Source: Octopus sinensis
Taxonomy: Eukaryota
NCBI RefSeq assembly: GCF_006345805.1
Contig: NC_042998.1
Location: forward strand, 110,422,001-110,486,000
DNA: 64,000 bases
Direction of reading: 5' to 3'
The translations under genes and the position numbers were made by a program. The notes under the pieces are model-generated. The model made no database searches and was not told the DNA's origin. It worked only from the letters and a program-made list of their open reading frames with translations. Positions 40,255 through 52,500 of the stretch are shown here, piece after piece (position 1 is the first letter of the stretch; every line of letters begins with the position of its first letter).

Positions 40255-40306
<52 letters not shown>

Positions 40307-40418
40307 AAGGGTAAAATTAATTAATTAATTAATAATTAATAATTTTGCCAAGTAGTTCGGTATGTTAAAAGAACCTTCATAGGTAACCATATACAAAAAT
40401 TCTATAATTATAAGCATA

Positions 40419-41110
40419 ATTATAATTGGGGTTCAGCAAATTGCTTCACCACATACCGAAATTTAGAAATAGCAGTTAAATACTATTCCTCTACAATAAG
40501 ATATGTCATAGACAAGAATTCTCTTAATTAATGCAGATAAAGAGAAACAATAACGAATCGACCCAGCTTTGATCAACCACATGCGCGTTTCTGGATTAAA
40601 TAGATGTAAAAGTTTTATTTTTACTGACTTATTTCTGTCTTCAGTGTAGTATTTCAATTGTAAATTTGAGAGTACTAACAAGTAGATACGTATTCGACCA
40701 AATGACATCGAATAGCTAATATCCCAAAACCAGCACTTCCGAATTTATATAGTGAGAACTCACATTCTTCCCAGGATTACTCATAACACACATGGGTGAT
40801 TGGGGAAGAATGCGAGTTCTCACTTGTCTGGTCGAATACGCGTTTAATTATTAGTACTCTCAATTAACAAATGGAATACTACACCGAAGACGGTAATAAG
40901 TGAGTAAAAATAAAAATTTTACATCTCTTTTATCCAGCAAGGCGTATGTGATTGATCAAAGCCGGTTAGATTGGTTATTTTTTCTCTTTACCTGCGTGAA
41001 TTAGGAGAATTGCTGTCTGGGTGATATCTATGGTATAGGAATATTATTTAACTGCTATTTCTAATTTTCGGTATATGGTGACGCAATTTGCTGAATCCTA
41101 ATTATAATTA
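40419..41110. repeat. ~700-bp imperfect palindrome with a central 74-nt hairpin
   Basis: TTCAGCAAATTGC...ATACCGAAA..TTAGAAATAGCAGTTAAATA (left) and TATTTAACTGCTATTTCTAA..TTCGGTAT...GCAATTTGCTGAA (right) are reverse complements. TTGAGAGTACTAA and TTAGTACTCTCAA also pair. Confidence 0.88.
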
Positions 41111-41115
41111 TTCTT

Positions 41116-41505
41116 TTTTCACTCTTTTACTCTTTTACTTGTTTCAGTCATTTGACTGTGGCCATGCTGGAGCACCGCTTGTAATCGAGCAACTCGACCC
41201 CGGGACTTATTCTTTGTAAGCCCAGTACTTATTCTATCGGGCTCTTTTGCCGAACCGCTAAGTGACGGGTACATAAACACACCAGCATCGGTTGTCAAGC
41301 AATGCTAGGGGGACAAACACACTCACACATACATATATATACATATATACGACAGGCTTCTTTCAGTTTCCGTCTACCAAATCCACTCACAAGGCATTGG
41401 TCGGCCCGGGGCTATAGCAGAAGACACTTGCCCAAGATGCCACGCAGTGGGACTGAACCCGGAACCATGTGGCTGGTTAGCAAGCTACTTACCACACAGC
41501 CACTC
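41116..41505 (-). mobile_element. tRNA-derived SINE, family B (CORE-like), full length
   Basis: Reverse complement reads GAGTGGCTGTGTGGTAAGTAG (A-box)...GGGTTCAGTCCC (B-box)...CATCTTGGGCAAGTG...short (TA)n...CCAGCATGGCCACAGTCAAATGACTGAAACAAGTAAAAGAG. Confidence 0.9.
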
Positions 41506-41533
41506 GCTTATGATTATAGAATTTTTGTGTGTG

Positions 41534-41578
<45 letters not shown>

Positions 41579-42659
41579 CTGTGTGTGTGTGTATACATGG
41601 CGTGCGTGAGTAGCTGTTTTGTAGCTATGCATGATTCTTTTGTGTATGATTTTACCCTTTGCTATGCACGTATATTGCATGCATATGTCTATTTGTATAA
41701 TTTTTGTCTTATGCATAGACATATACTCGTACATAGATAAAGGTAGATGCCTACAGACATACTTACATATGAGTGTGTATGTGTATATATGTGTGTCTTT
41801 TTATATGTACGTATGCATGTAAGTGCCGAATGTACGACAAAATACGCCATGTTGCAAATTTTTCTTCTTGCATATGCTATTGAACAACGCAGGGTTAGAG
41901 TAGAATATATTTTCCCATGGTATGATACAATTCTATTACATGTGGAGCATCGAGGCTGGTTGCACAAAACCCACTTAACCAGATGATTATGCCTGTCCGT
42001 ATACTCAAAGAGAAAAACGAAATTTTCAGCCTGAAATATTCTTGCATTTTGTGTCTGGTAGATCAAGGGTGACCGAAACAGGCTACACAAAGACATTAAC
42101 TTTACGCACAATAATTATATCGATCTACAGGATCAAACCGCCTATTTGATGTAAGATATTCAAATCCGGTAACAAATTTCTTCCATTCTATATTGTACAT
42201 TGTACTTAATACTATAAAACCTTTCACAACAAACAAGTGTAGCAGTAAAATGCTCATAAATACATGATCTTAACCAAACAGTAAGCCAGGCAATCTCACA
42301 TCACATCGAAGAGCAAGCAACAATAAAGATTTAGTTTATTGGTGCAATCTCGAGATGAACAGGATGTAGACAACTACATTAATATATAACTTTATGACTG
42401 ATATATAAGTTTTAGAAACCTGGAATACTGGAATGTGAAGTTCAGTCCATTAGTATTACTACTGTAAATATACAATGATGGTACAAAACGAAACAGATTA
42501 TTCTATCAGACATTTCAATAATTCTCTAGACATACAAATATTTCAAATGCACCATCCTCGTAGGAATACAAGGTAAGTTTTGTCTGACGAAATTTGAGCT
42601 TGCAACGTAAAGGTTACGACAAATATTGCGAAGAATTATATTCCGACTAATCTGCACAA

Positions 42660-42716
<57 letters not shown>

Positions 42717-42739
42717 TAATAATAATAATAATAATATAT

Positions 42740-42795
<56 letters not shown>

Positions 42796-43541
42796 TAACT
42801 GCAGAAACTAAGCCGATGACAAGAGCAAAAACGACAATAATGGTTATTTTAATTGGTAATTGTTTTTTCTAATTTTTATGGAGTTTACAATATTTTATGG
42901 TATCATGTAGAGTTTTAGGATTTTATATATCATCTCAAGATATTGTACATAATTTTAGACTATTGTATATATTTTTAATATAATATAACATCATAGTATA
43001 TATATATGACAGAATATGTAAGTAAAAAATATAATTTCGGATCAAAATTTAACGGAAACAAGAAATCTGTACCTTAAACAACGACAAAAGTTTTAAAATA
43101 CTTGAAAAACTTTACATCAGAGCTTCCCCTCGATATTCGTCTACCATCAATTTTTATAATATGTAATATTCCTTGACCTCATTAATTTGCTCGTAAGCAT
43201 TTGAACAAATGAAAATGACAATATCCCGGGACTTATAACAGTTTATATCAAGTGTCTTTTTTTAAATCATGCTTTGGCGTTATTCTTTCTTACATTCTGC
43301 TTTTCGGAAACTATGCGTAATCATACTCATTATTTGCTTTAAATTCTAACGCAATTTTTTGTATAGTGAATGTCATTCGATGTTTTCATTAGTTGTGTGA
43401 AGAACTATGGACTTGAATGCAACATGTGGAAAATGAGTGGCTTATATCTCACATTTGATGTCTACTTGTTTACATATTCTGATGATAGAAATTTTAGAAT
43501 TATATTTGTTTAACGAAATATTTATGAAACTGTAGGCACTA

Positions 43542-44114
43542 ATGTTACCTAACTTACTGTGGAAATTGTTCACAGTAGTGTTTGTACCTATGGAAACGAT
43601 TTTTTCCATTCTTTTGAGACTGTTTTGCTTTAAATTAGACCTCTTTCTGTTATTGTCTTTTCTATTAAAGTACTACTGCATATTCAGTCGGACGATTTAC
43701 CCAAACCAATGCCAATCTTCTGCGCTAAATGTCTCGATCTTCCATAGCAATATCCCCAACTTGATAATTGGTGTTTTTCACACGTTGTTTGTTATATGCT
43801 CTCCTTCTACTTATACATATATATCCATTCATGGGTTTCCAGAGAAAGTAATCACTGGATATTCATTCTTCTCCAACATAACCTCTTTTCTTTCTTGGAT
43901 TGCCGAGATAATGGTTGGGAAACTGCCATACTGTCGCTTCTTTGAAGAGTGTTTCCGTCACGAAAGACTGAGAAATGCACGAAACATTATCGTATATGTA
44001 CAGTCAACTTCTTTTCAAGTCACTTGTTCAAAAACTATCCTGAAAAGACAAAGAGAAGTAAAGATTCATGGCAATTTTGAAAATAATCTGAAGATGATCG
44101 ATAACGAGAAATAA
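43542..44114 (+). CDS. Unassigned 190-codon ORF, hydrophobic; possible exon or pseudo-exon
   Basis: Longest non-TE, non-microsatellite ORF in the window. A TGTAG|G acceptor-like site lies just upstream (43535/43536) and AATAAA shortly after the stop. No family recognised. Confidence 0.25.
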   Translation: MLPNLLWKLFTVVFVPMETIFSILLRLFCFKLDLFLLLSFLLKYYCIFSRTIYPNQCQSSALNVSIFHSNIPNLIIGVFHTLFVICSPSTYTYISIHGFPEKVITGYSFFSNITSFLSWIAEIMVGKLPYCRFFEECFRHERLRNARNIIVYVQSTSFQVTCSKTILKRQREVKIHGNFENNLKMIDNEK

Positions 44115-44384
44115 CACGAGAAATAAATTTCTTTAGCAGAGATGGATATACTAATTTTCATTAATAGTTTTTTCCGTATAGAAGAACTGAGTTTCTGTTT
44201 AAGCGAATAGAAAACAATAAATCTTTGTCTAAAAGCAAACATTTTCACCTTTTAATCTGATCCTGGATGAAGAGATATTAAGTAACGAATATTTATTAAA
44301 ACAGTTTCCCTTCAGCTTTCTGTGGTAACTACTGTATCTCTATAACTGTCATAAAAACATATCGGAGCAAATCAGTGGTCAAAA

Positions 44385-44582
44385 TAATAATAACGATAAT
44401 AATAATCCTTTCTACTATAGGCATAAAGTCTGAAATTTTGGGGAAGGGGTTAAATCGATTACATCGACCATAGTGCTTAATTCATACTTAATTTATGGAC
44501 CCCGAAAGGATCCAAGGCAAAGTCAAACTCGGCGGGAAACACCGCTAGGCATTTCGCTCAGCGTGCTAACGGTTCGCCGCCT
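44385..44582 (-). mobile_element. tRNA-derived SINE, family A, with internal deletions and (ATT)n tail
   Basis: Reverse complement reads GGCGGCGAACCGTTAGCACGCTGAGCGAAATGCC...TTTGCCTTGGATCCTTTCGGGGTCCATAAATTAAG...GCCTATAGTAGAAAGGATTATTATT. Confidence 0.75.
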
Positions 44583-44589
44583 TCACAAC

Positions 44590-44634
44590 AGCAACAACCA
44601 CAACAATAATAGTAGTAGTAGTAATAGTAATAGA

Positions 44635-44684
<50 letters not shown>

Positions 44685-44713
44685 TAATAATGATAATAAT
44701 AATAATAATAGTA

Positions 44714-44776
<63 letters not shown>

Positions 44777-44913
44777 GCAAGAAGAAGAAGAATAACAACA
44801 ACAACAACAACAACAACAATAATAATAATAACAATGATAATAATAATAATAATAATAATAGCAAGAAGAATAATAATAACAACAACAACAACAACAACAA
44901 TAATAATAATAAC

Positions 44914-44958
<45 letters not shown>
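44590..44958. repeat. Long (AAT)n/(AAC)n microsatellite with an internal higher-order duplication
   Basis: Directly visible; source of the poly-Asn, poly-Leu and poly-Ile ORFs. Confidence 0.95.
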
Positions 44959-44974
44959 TTTTTTTTTTTTTTTT

Positions 44975-45221
44975 TAGGCATGATAAAAAAAATATTCAGA
45001 CAAATACATAACAAAAACACCCGGACTTACAAACACATATAACATACAGAAAATTGCACTACTAGGCACTGCACACATCCTACGCAGAACACTTTCCATA
45101 CCATAACCATCAGAGCATCACAACAAATCACAGCACATACCCAAGGCACACAGAGCTGCGCTCGGTAGTGAAGTGAAAGCACGCTATAAAAATAAAACTA
45201 CTGAATAATAATAATAATAAT
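44975..45221 (+). mobile_element. Short 3'-end copy of the Dong-like LINE with (AAT)n tail
   Basis: Nearly identical to about 47790-48030; encodes ...IQKIALLGTAHILRR..., then the 3' UTR and AAT repeats. Confidence 0.92.
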
Positions 45222-48013
45222 AACAAAAAGAGAACATGAGCAACAAAAAGAGAACATGAGCAACAAAAAGAGAACTTGATCAACAAAAAGAGAACAAAAA
45301 TGCTCCGCAAATTGAGCAACAAAAAGAGAACAAAAATGCTCCGCAAATATAACATCACAGAAAAAGATTTGCCGGAGATAAAAGAAAAGCTGAAGCAAGA
45401 TATCCTTGCCAAAGCTCAAAGGATCCGCCGGTACGAGAAACGCCAACGCTTCTTTGAACAGAACAAAAAGTTCAACTCCGACCCCAAAAAGTTCTACCAA
45501 GAACTGGGCAAAAATAAAATAGAAGTCACTGCAGCACCAACGGCAGAAGAATTGGAAGAATTCTGGAGAGAAATATGGTCGGCGAACGAACAGCCAAAAA
45601 AAAGGAGTATGAAAATAACAAACTCGGCATCTGAACAACTTTGGACCCCCATAACAACTGAAGAGGTCACCCAGGCACTGCAAAATCTAAGCAACTGGAA
45701 GGCACCTGGGCATGACAAGATCCCCAACTTCTGGTTGAAATATCTAACAGGAATGCACAAAAAGCTGGCTGAAAACTTTAACAGCATACTAGCAGAGCCA
45801 GAGACAATGCCTGAATGGCTCACGAAGGGGAAAACCATCTTAATTCCCAAATCAAATGAAACAACAAAACCAGAAAACTACAGACCAATAACCTGCCTCC
45901 CTACTATGTTCAAGGCATTTACTGCAGTGATATCGCAAAGGCTGAACAAGCACCTGGACGAAAACAAACTGTTCCCAGAAGAGCAGAAAGGATGCCGCAA
46001 GGGCTCATATGTCTGTAAAGATCAACTAATGATTAATAAAGCCGTAACTGAAGACAGCCACAGAAAGAAGAAAGGCCTCAGTATGGCCTGGATTGACTAC
46101 AAAAAGGCGTTTGATAGCATCCCCCACACATGGATCCTCGAAACACTAGCCATTAACAAAGTAGCACCAACAATCATAAAATTCATAGAGCACTCTATGA
46201 ATAAATGGCAAACAGTCCTCATGAAAACCAAAGACATCCCCATTAGAAGAGGAATATTCCAGGAAGACACGCTCTCTCCACTCCTTTTCTGCTTGGCACT
46301 GTCACCTCTATCTGATATGCTAAATAGAACTGGATGCGGATATAAATGTTACGGCAAAACGATCAGCCACCTTTTATATATGGATGACCTAAAACTATAC
46401 GCTGCAAATGACAAACAGCTGGAAACACTATTAAAGACAGTTCATGGATTTACCAAAGAAATAGATATGAAATTTGGATTAGAAAAATGCGCCAAAGTAA
46501 CCATGAAAAGAGGAAAACTAGTTAAGAGTAACAACATGACACTAGATAAAACCAATGAAATAAAAGAATTAGACCAAAGCCAAACTTACAAATACTTAGG
46601 AATCCATGAACTAGATAAGACACAACACACACAAATGAAAGAGAAAATAAAAAAAGAATATTATAGACGAGTTAGATCAATACTAAAAACAGAGCTCAAT
46701 GCTAAAAACAAGATAATAGGTATCAACACTTTAGCTGTCCCAGTTATAAGTTACAGCTACAATATCCTTAACTGGACACGAAATGAACTGTCCAAAATAG
46801 ATAGGAAAACAAGAAAAATACTGACAGGATCTAGGATGCATCACCCAAAATCTGACATAGAAAGACTATATATACAACGTATAGAAGGTGGTAGAGGCCT
46901 TATACAGCTGGAAAACTACTATAAAATAACCACCATAGGACTGCAAAAATACCTACTTCAGAAGGAAGGAAAACTGATCCAGATAGCAGCAAAACACGAG
47001 CAAAACAAAAAACTGTTCTCAGTATTTAAGGAAGCTGACAAATACAAACAAGAAATCATACCACCTAATAAACATGAAGAAGAAGAAGAAGATGATGAAG
47101 AAACAACAAAAGCTATAAAACAAATGAAATCCAAACTAAAAATAGAACAGCAACGAACCATGATAAAACGATGGCAAGAAAAGCCCTTCATGGTAAATAC
47201 TGGACTAAACTAAACGCAAAAGAAATAGACAAAGAAAAATCCCAGCAATGGTTGAGAAGCTCAGGACTCAAAGCAGAAACAGAGGGATTTTTAATTGCAG
47301 CACAAGACCAAAGCCTCCCCACCAGAAATTACCAAAAACATGTAATGAAAAGAAATATTACAAGTAACTGCAGAATATGTGGAGATGGACAAGAAACAAT
47401 AAATCATATTATCTCTGGCTGCCCAGTCCTGGCTAAGAAGGAATATATTCACAGACATGACAGAGTTGGAACCTACATACATTGGAAGCTATGCCAACAT
47501 TATGGAATAACAACAGAAAAAAGATGGTATAGGCACACACCAGAAAAGGTCACAGAAAACGAGAAAGCAACCATACTCTGGGATAGAGAAATTAAGGCCA
47601 ACAGACCAGATGTAGTTGTCAGAGACCATGAAGAAAAAAAATGCTTTCTAATTGATGTATCAATACCGGCTGATGACAACGTGTCTCTAAAAGAAATGGA
47701 GAAACTCTCAAAATACAAAGACCTGGAAATAGAGGTAACTAGAATGTGGAATCTGAAAACAGAAACAATTCCTATCATAGTAGGTGCATTAGGCATAATA
47801 AAAAATATTCAGACAAATACATAACAAAAACACCAGGACTTACAAACACATATAACATACAGAAAATTGCACTACTAGGCACTGCACACATCCTACGCAG
47901 AACACATTCCATACAATAACCATCAGAGCATCACAACAAATCACAGCACATACCCAAGGCACACAGAGCTGCGCTCGGTAGTGAAGTGAAAGCACGCTAT
48001 AAAAATAAAACTA

Positions 48014-48075
<62 letters not shown>
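45222..48075 (+). mobile_element. R4/Dong-like non-LTR retrotransposon, 5'-truncated: RT, CCHC knuckle and restriction-like endonuclease
   Basis: ORF 45276-47213 has KAPGHD, YRPITCL, WIDYKKAFDS, RGIFQEDTLSPLLF and HLLYMDDLKLYA. ORF 47171-47824 has CRICGDGQETINHIISGC and RPDVVV...LIDVSIP...EKLSKY (PD-D/ExK). There are two single-base frameshifts, small in-frame deletions and an (AAT)n tail. Confidence 0.95.
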
Positions 48076-48077
<2 letters not shown>

Positions 48078-49361
48078 TAATAATTGCTCCGGACTAAATA
48101 ACAACTAAGAAGTCCTCTCCACAAATCAAATTTAATCCATTAACTTCGGTACGATGGAAGAAAAACTCGGCAATACATCCACGGGAAAAGTTTAACTAAG
48201 AACACGGGGAAGATCTTTGTTATGTAAAGTGTAGTTTCTTTTTTAATGCATGATATCTCAATGTGTCATATTCAAAAGGTCGAAACCAACATCAGGAACC
48301 CTGGAAAAACACACCTACTATACAGTACTACAATATCTATATTGGATAATATGTTGGCATTATACAATCAAAAACGCTGACAAATGGTACAAAGTCTACA
48401 AATAAAGGAAGAAGTGACAAACGATAACAGCAAAAGATAAATAATAAATGATCATAACAAAAAGTGATAATGTACATAGTGGAAAATCGAGAAAGAAGGA
48501 TAAAATTAACAACGGAAATAAAGCTTTAAAAAGATTGATGGAACCGCATATCTACTTTATTAATGACAAATAAGGAAGGAGGAAAACTGAAAATGAGTCT
48601 ACAAATTCGCCCCGTCCGGTATGAAGTACTAGATATACGTATATGAATTACATATGCGATGTATTACACAAACTGTTAGAACAGAATAATTCCAATGAAG
48701 AATATAAGGAGGAGAATTGTGGGCAACTCCGAGAAACAAATATTCATAAATAGATTTGTTAGAACTGAAAGGAGTTGTCAATATTAGCAGAAATATGATA
48801 TTAACATTATAAAATGTACAATTAAGAAATTAATAACATTTCTAAAATTTATTAATAGAAGATTTAAAAACTACACGACATTAAGAAAGAAAGGGTATTT
48901 CTAAATTATCTAATTCTCATCAAATGTTTGGGAACAAAATATTAACAGTATATATGATATGAAAATGCTGTTGAAAATAGAAAAAAAATCTTTCAACGTA
49001 TATATTAAATTACAAATAGAATTTCACAAATAAATGTATAAAATGAAATATATGAGAAAGTGAATAATATATACAGAAGACAACGCACGATATTGACTAG
49101 ATCAATTAAACAGTAATAAAAAACTTTAGTAAAACAACAGAATTGATTAATATATATAAAATAAAAAAACATCAAGTTTCCTAAAGAGAAAAGAAACGTG
49201 GACATTAGAGACAACCTAAAAATATTTCGAAATAAAACTGCCTGAGAATTTAACTGAAATATTAGGCTTAAAATTTTGGCACAAGGCCTGCCATTTTGTG
49301 GGACAAGTTAAATCGATTAAATCGACACAAGTGCTCAAAAGGTACCTATTTTATCATGTTA

Positions 49362-49577
49362 TCTATATATATAAAAGTGAAGTTGTGTGAGTGTCTGTCT
49401 CCTACGATTTAGATTCCTAACTACTCCTACGATGAGTCAACGATTTAAAAAAAAAATTACCATAATCTTTTTTCCATTTTTAATGCATTTTTTGCTGTTT
49501 TTTTGGCTATAACTCTCTAAAAATGCTTTATAGTTATTTCCCTTACAAACCCGAGCAACGCCGGGCGATACTGCTAG
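49362..49577 (+). mobile_element. Non-autonomous Helitron, 216 bp
   Basis: A|TCTATATATATAAAAG ... CCCGAGCAACGCCGGG (GC hairpin) CGATACTG-CTAG|T. This gives the canonical 5' TC, 3' CTAG, subterminal hairpin and A|T insertion site with no TSD. Confidence 0.82.
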
Positions 49578-52500
49578 TATAATGTAAACAAGAGTCGTTC
49601 ACCATGGAATGTGAAGACGGAAGATAATTCCGCTGAGTATTTTGCCGGACGTTCCCGTCTTAGGATTTTACAGAAATGTTTAAACAGAAATGACGAGCTA
49701 CTTAAAGTGCTTATAGTCGGTCTTTCGGTATGCTACAAATATCTATCTGTCACTTTTACCCCTAATGTCTTAAAACGACGAAGGTCATTCTAGATAACAT
49801 TTTCAAAGAACATACCAATTATTACATGATGGTGACGATTGAAATGCTGTTATTTGTACGTCTGTTCAGAGATGACACAGAGCTAAACATCGACAATATG
49901 AAAAATACACCAAATTTATAATATATGTACCAACGTGAAATAAATCAGGTAAAACTGGGAATTATAATTCCATTCATAGTTTCCAACAATATAAAAAATT
50001 GTTTCAATTTTGGCACAAACAAGACCAGCAAATTTAAAGAGATGAGGATTTGCACTTGAGAGGTGCTTTATTTTCTCGACCTTTAAAGATGAAAGGCAAC
50101 GCCGGATTTAAACTCAGAATCGAAAGCGTTGGAAGGACATAGATAATGAGAAAGGCAATTTAAATTTATCTATTATCAAATCCTTTGATTTTAATTGTGC
50201 AGATGGTGGAGGTAAACCAAAACCTATGTATGCATGGACCAATTACTGGTTAACAGAATAGCTCTCAAATAGTGTACGAAGAGAAAATCAGATACATTGG
50301 TAATGTATGTATATCGTAGGAAATAATTTTTACATTGTATCTCATGACAGAATTATGAAACTTTTAGGCATCTACTAAGAAATTGTCAAGAATGGTGAGA
50401 TTCATCAAGCACAAGAGAGAAAAATGGAAGAAAGTATTAGGAGAAAATAGAATAAAATGTAAGCGATACACAATAGAATCATATTCCAAATGGATGTATT
50501 AAATTATAAAAAAAATAAAATAAAATATAGCGTAGATATAATATATTTAAGATAAGAAAATGTAAAAATGTACCAAAGCCACAGGTTAAACTATAAAAAG
50601 AGGCAAATAATTTTTATTAAGAAATGTTTGAAACAAGAAACAAGAAAAAAGGAACAAACAGATATATGTAATTGTTAGAAGTAAAATTTAACATAAACAA
50701 TGAAACACAAAAGTATTGTAGTTAAATTTGTTCTAAGAATCGAACTAAACACAGATACAAATTTTAAACATTGTCAGTATTTATGGGTTAGTAAGAATGT
50801 AAAAATCTAAAACCTAGATTAGAATATTTTTGTCGATATACGGAACGTGTGCTTCAAGTAAGTTGAACATGGGTTTCGTATATAAAGAGATTTGGAAGGG
50901 AACGTATTGGCACAAGTACAATTAATTGCAAAACAGCAGAATTGGATTGCAAATATTGCCAGAGGTTAAACACGGGAATGCTTCTGTAAATAGTAAATAA
51001 CTGTGTAATAAGTATGCAAATAAATATGTAAAATAAAGTTTCATTTACAAAGAAATGACGCGTAATTCAGAACAGGAAAAGATCTTGAAGCAGTTGTACC
51101 AAAGATCGTACATGAAAATTTTAGTCGAACAAGAATTGCAACAGCATAACATAAATAAAATACAACCAAGACTTATTACGAACAATTCAAAATTGGGCGG
51201 GAAGATACTCTATAAGAAAGCAAATATTCAACATGGATTTCTAAATCTGCTGTAATTTTTATACAACAATGAACAAAGAACATGAGCTTGCAAAGAAAAA
51301 AATGAATTTGAGCCGTAATAAAAGTGAAAAATGCACCACAAAATGAATATACAAAGATCATAGAAAGCCTCACACCAACAACTAAAATTTATAAGAAATA
51401 GTATACAGTGATCTGGAAAATGGGTGATAAATAAACTACTTGATGGAAAACAGCCAACAAAGATTAATACTTTTCATTGTGATATTGCCAGCATCCAACT
51501 GTTGTTGGCTTGCAGATAATTCAAAATAGAATTTGAAGTGTTGATAGCAGTATTTCATAATCAATACTTCTACACCTGGCGTTATCACAAAGCCATCATA
51601 ACGAAATTCTGTCACACATATGAGTATATAGTGACTTTGATGCAAAATTCGGCTCGCACATAATAAAAAAAGAGAAAACATATATAGAAAGTGGAGAGTA
51701 TACCAGTAAGTATGAGAGCATCTATAAAATGGAATAATCAAATGTACTGTTGTCCTTGCATACTAAAAAACACAGAATATGTAAAGAAAATATCAGTTCT
51801 TAACTATAACATGACTACCATACATTTCACTGTGCCCGTCAAAATTCAGATTCAAGATATGAAATTCGGAAAAAAGAATCTTTCCTATTCCAAGATATGT
51901 TTCGATCTGTATCGATACAAAGAATGCAATAGGTAAGACGAAACGAAAATTTATCAAATAGAAAAGTCATCGAAATAGATATAATCAAGACGATTATCAA
52001 TCGAATTCAATCCAATGGCTATTTGTGATAAATTATTGACTTCGGGATAATATTTTGATTAGGAGACACTTGGTTTCCGTGTCGTCGCTGAAAAGATATC
52101 CAAGCAATTATCGCACAATTATCTCTGATATCTGAGTCTCTACGTATTAACTAGAATGACCTAATGCACATGCACAGAGATATCACACTACAGGAAGCCG
52201 AATATACACGCACGCGCACACACAAAAACACAGACACACATCTCTAACAGTACGTATGTGTTTGCATGTATATATATAACGACAAATAGATATACATATA
52301 TACAAATCTCTGTATCTGTCTATCGATCTATTACTGTATATATATATATATATATATTGTAATAAAAACGAAATTCTGTCAGTCTGGGATCCCTGAATCT
52401 CCGTCAACATTTGCCCTACATAGACATATTATATCTTTTCGAAATCACGATGATTCCAGGATTGATTATCTGACCTTCATCTGGTTCTTGGAATCCAGCT

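Noticed and set aside
43560-44040. Minus-strand fragments (FPTIIS, MEDRDI) reminiscent of chondroitin-synthase-type glycosyltransferases
   Set aside because: The match needs several frameshifts and stop read-throughs, and motif spacing does not fit; likely pattern over-reading.
44473-45042. Poly-Asn, poly-Leu and poly-Ile ORFs of up to 189 aa
   Set aside because: Artefacts of the (AAT)n/(AAC)n array.
45222-45350. Short regularly spaced repeats here and at 5083-5200 as possible CRISPR arrays
   Set aside because: No unique spacers, eukaryotic context and no cas genes.
50200-51950. Medium-complexity coding-like stretches (possible ancient PLE or pseudogene)
   Set aside because: Only faint motif echoes and frequent stops; no call can be supported.
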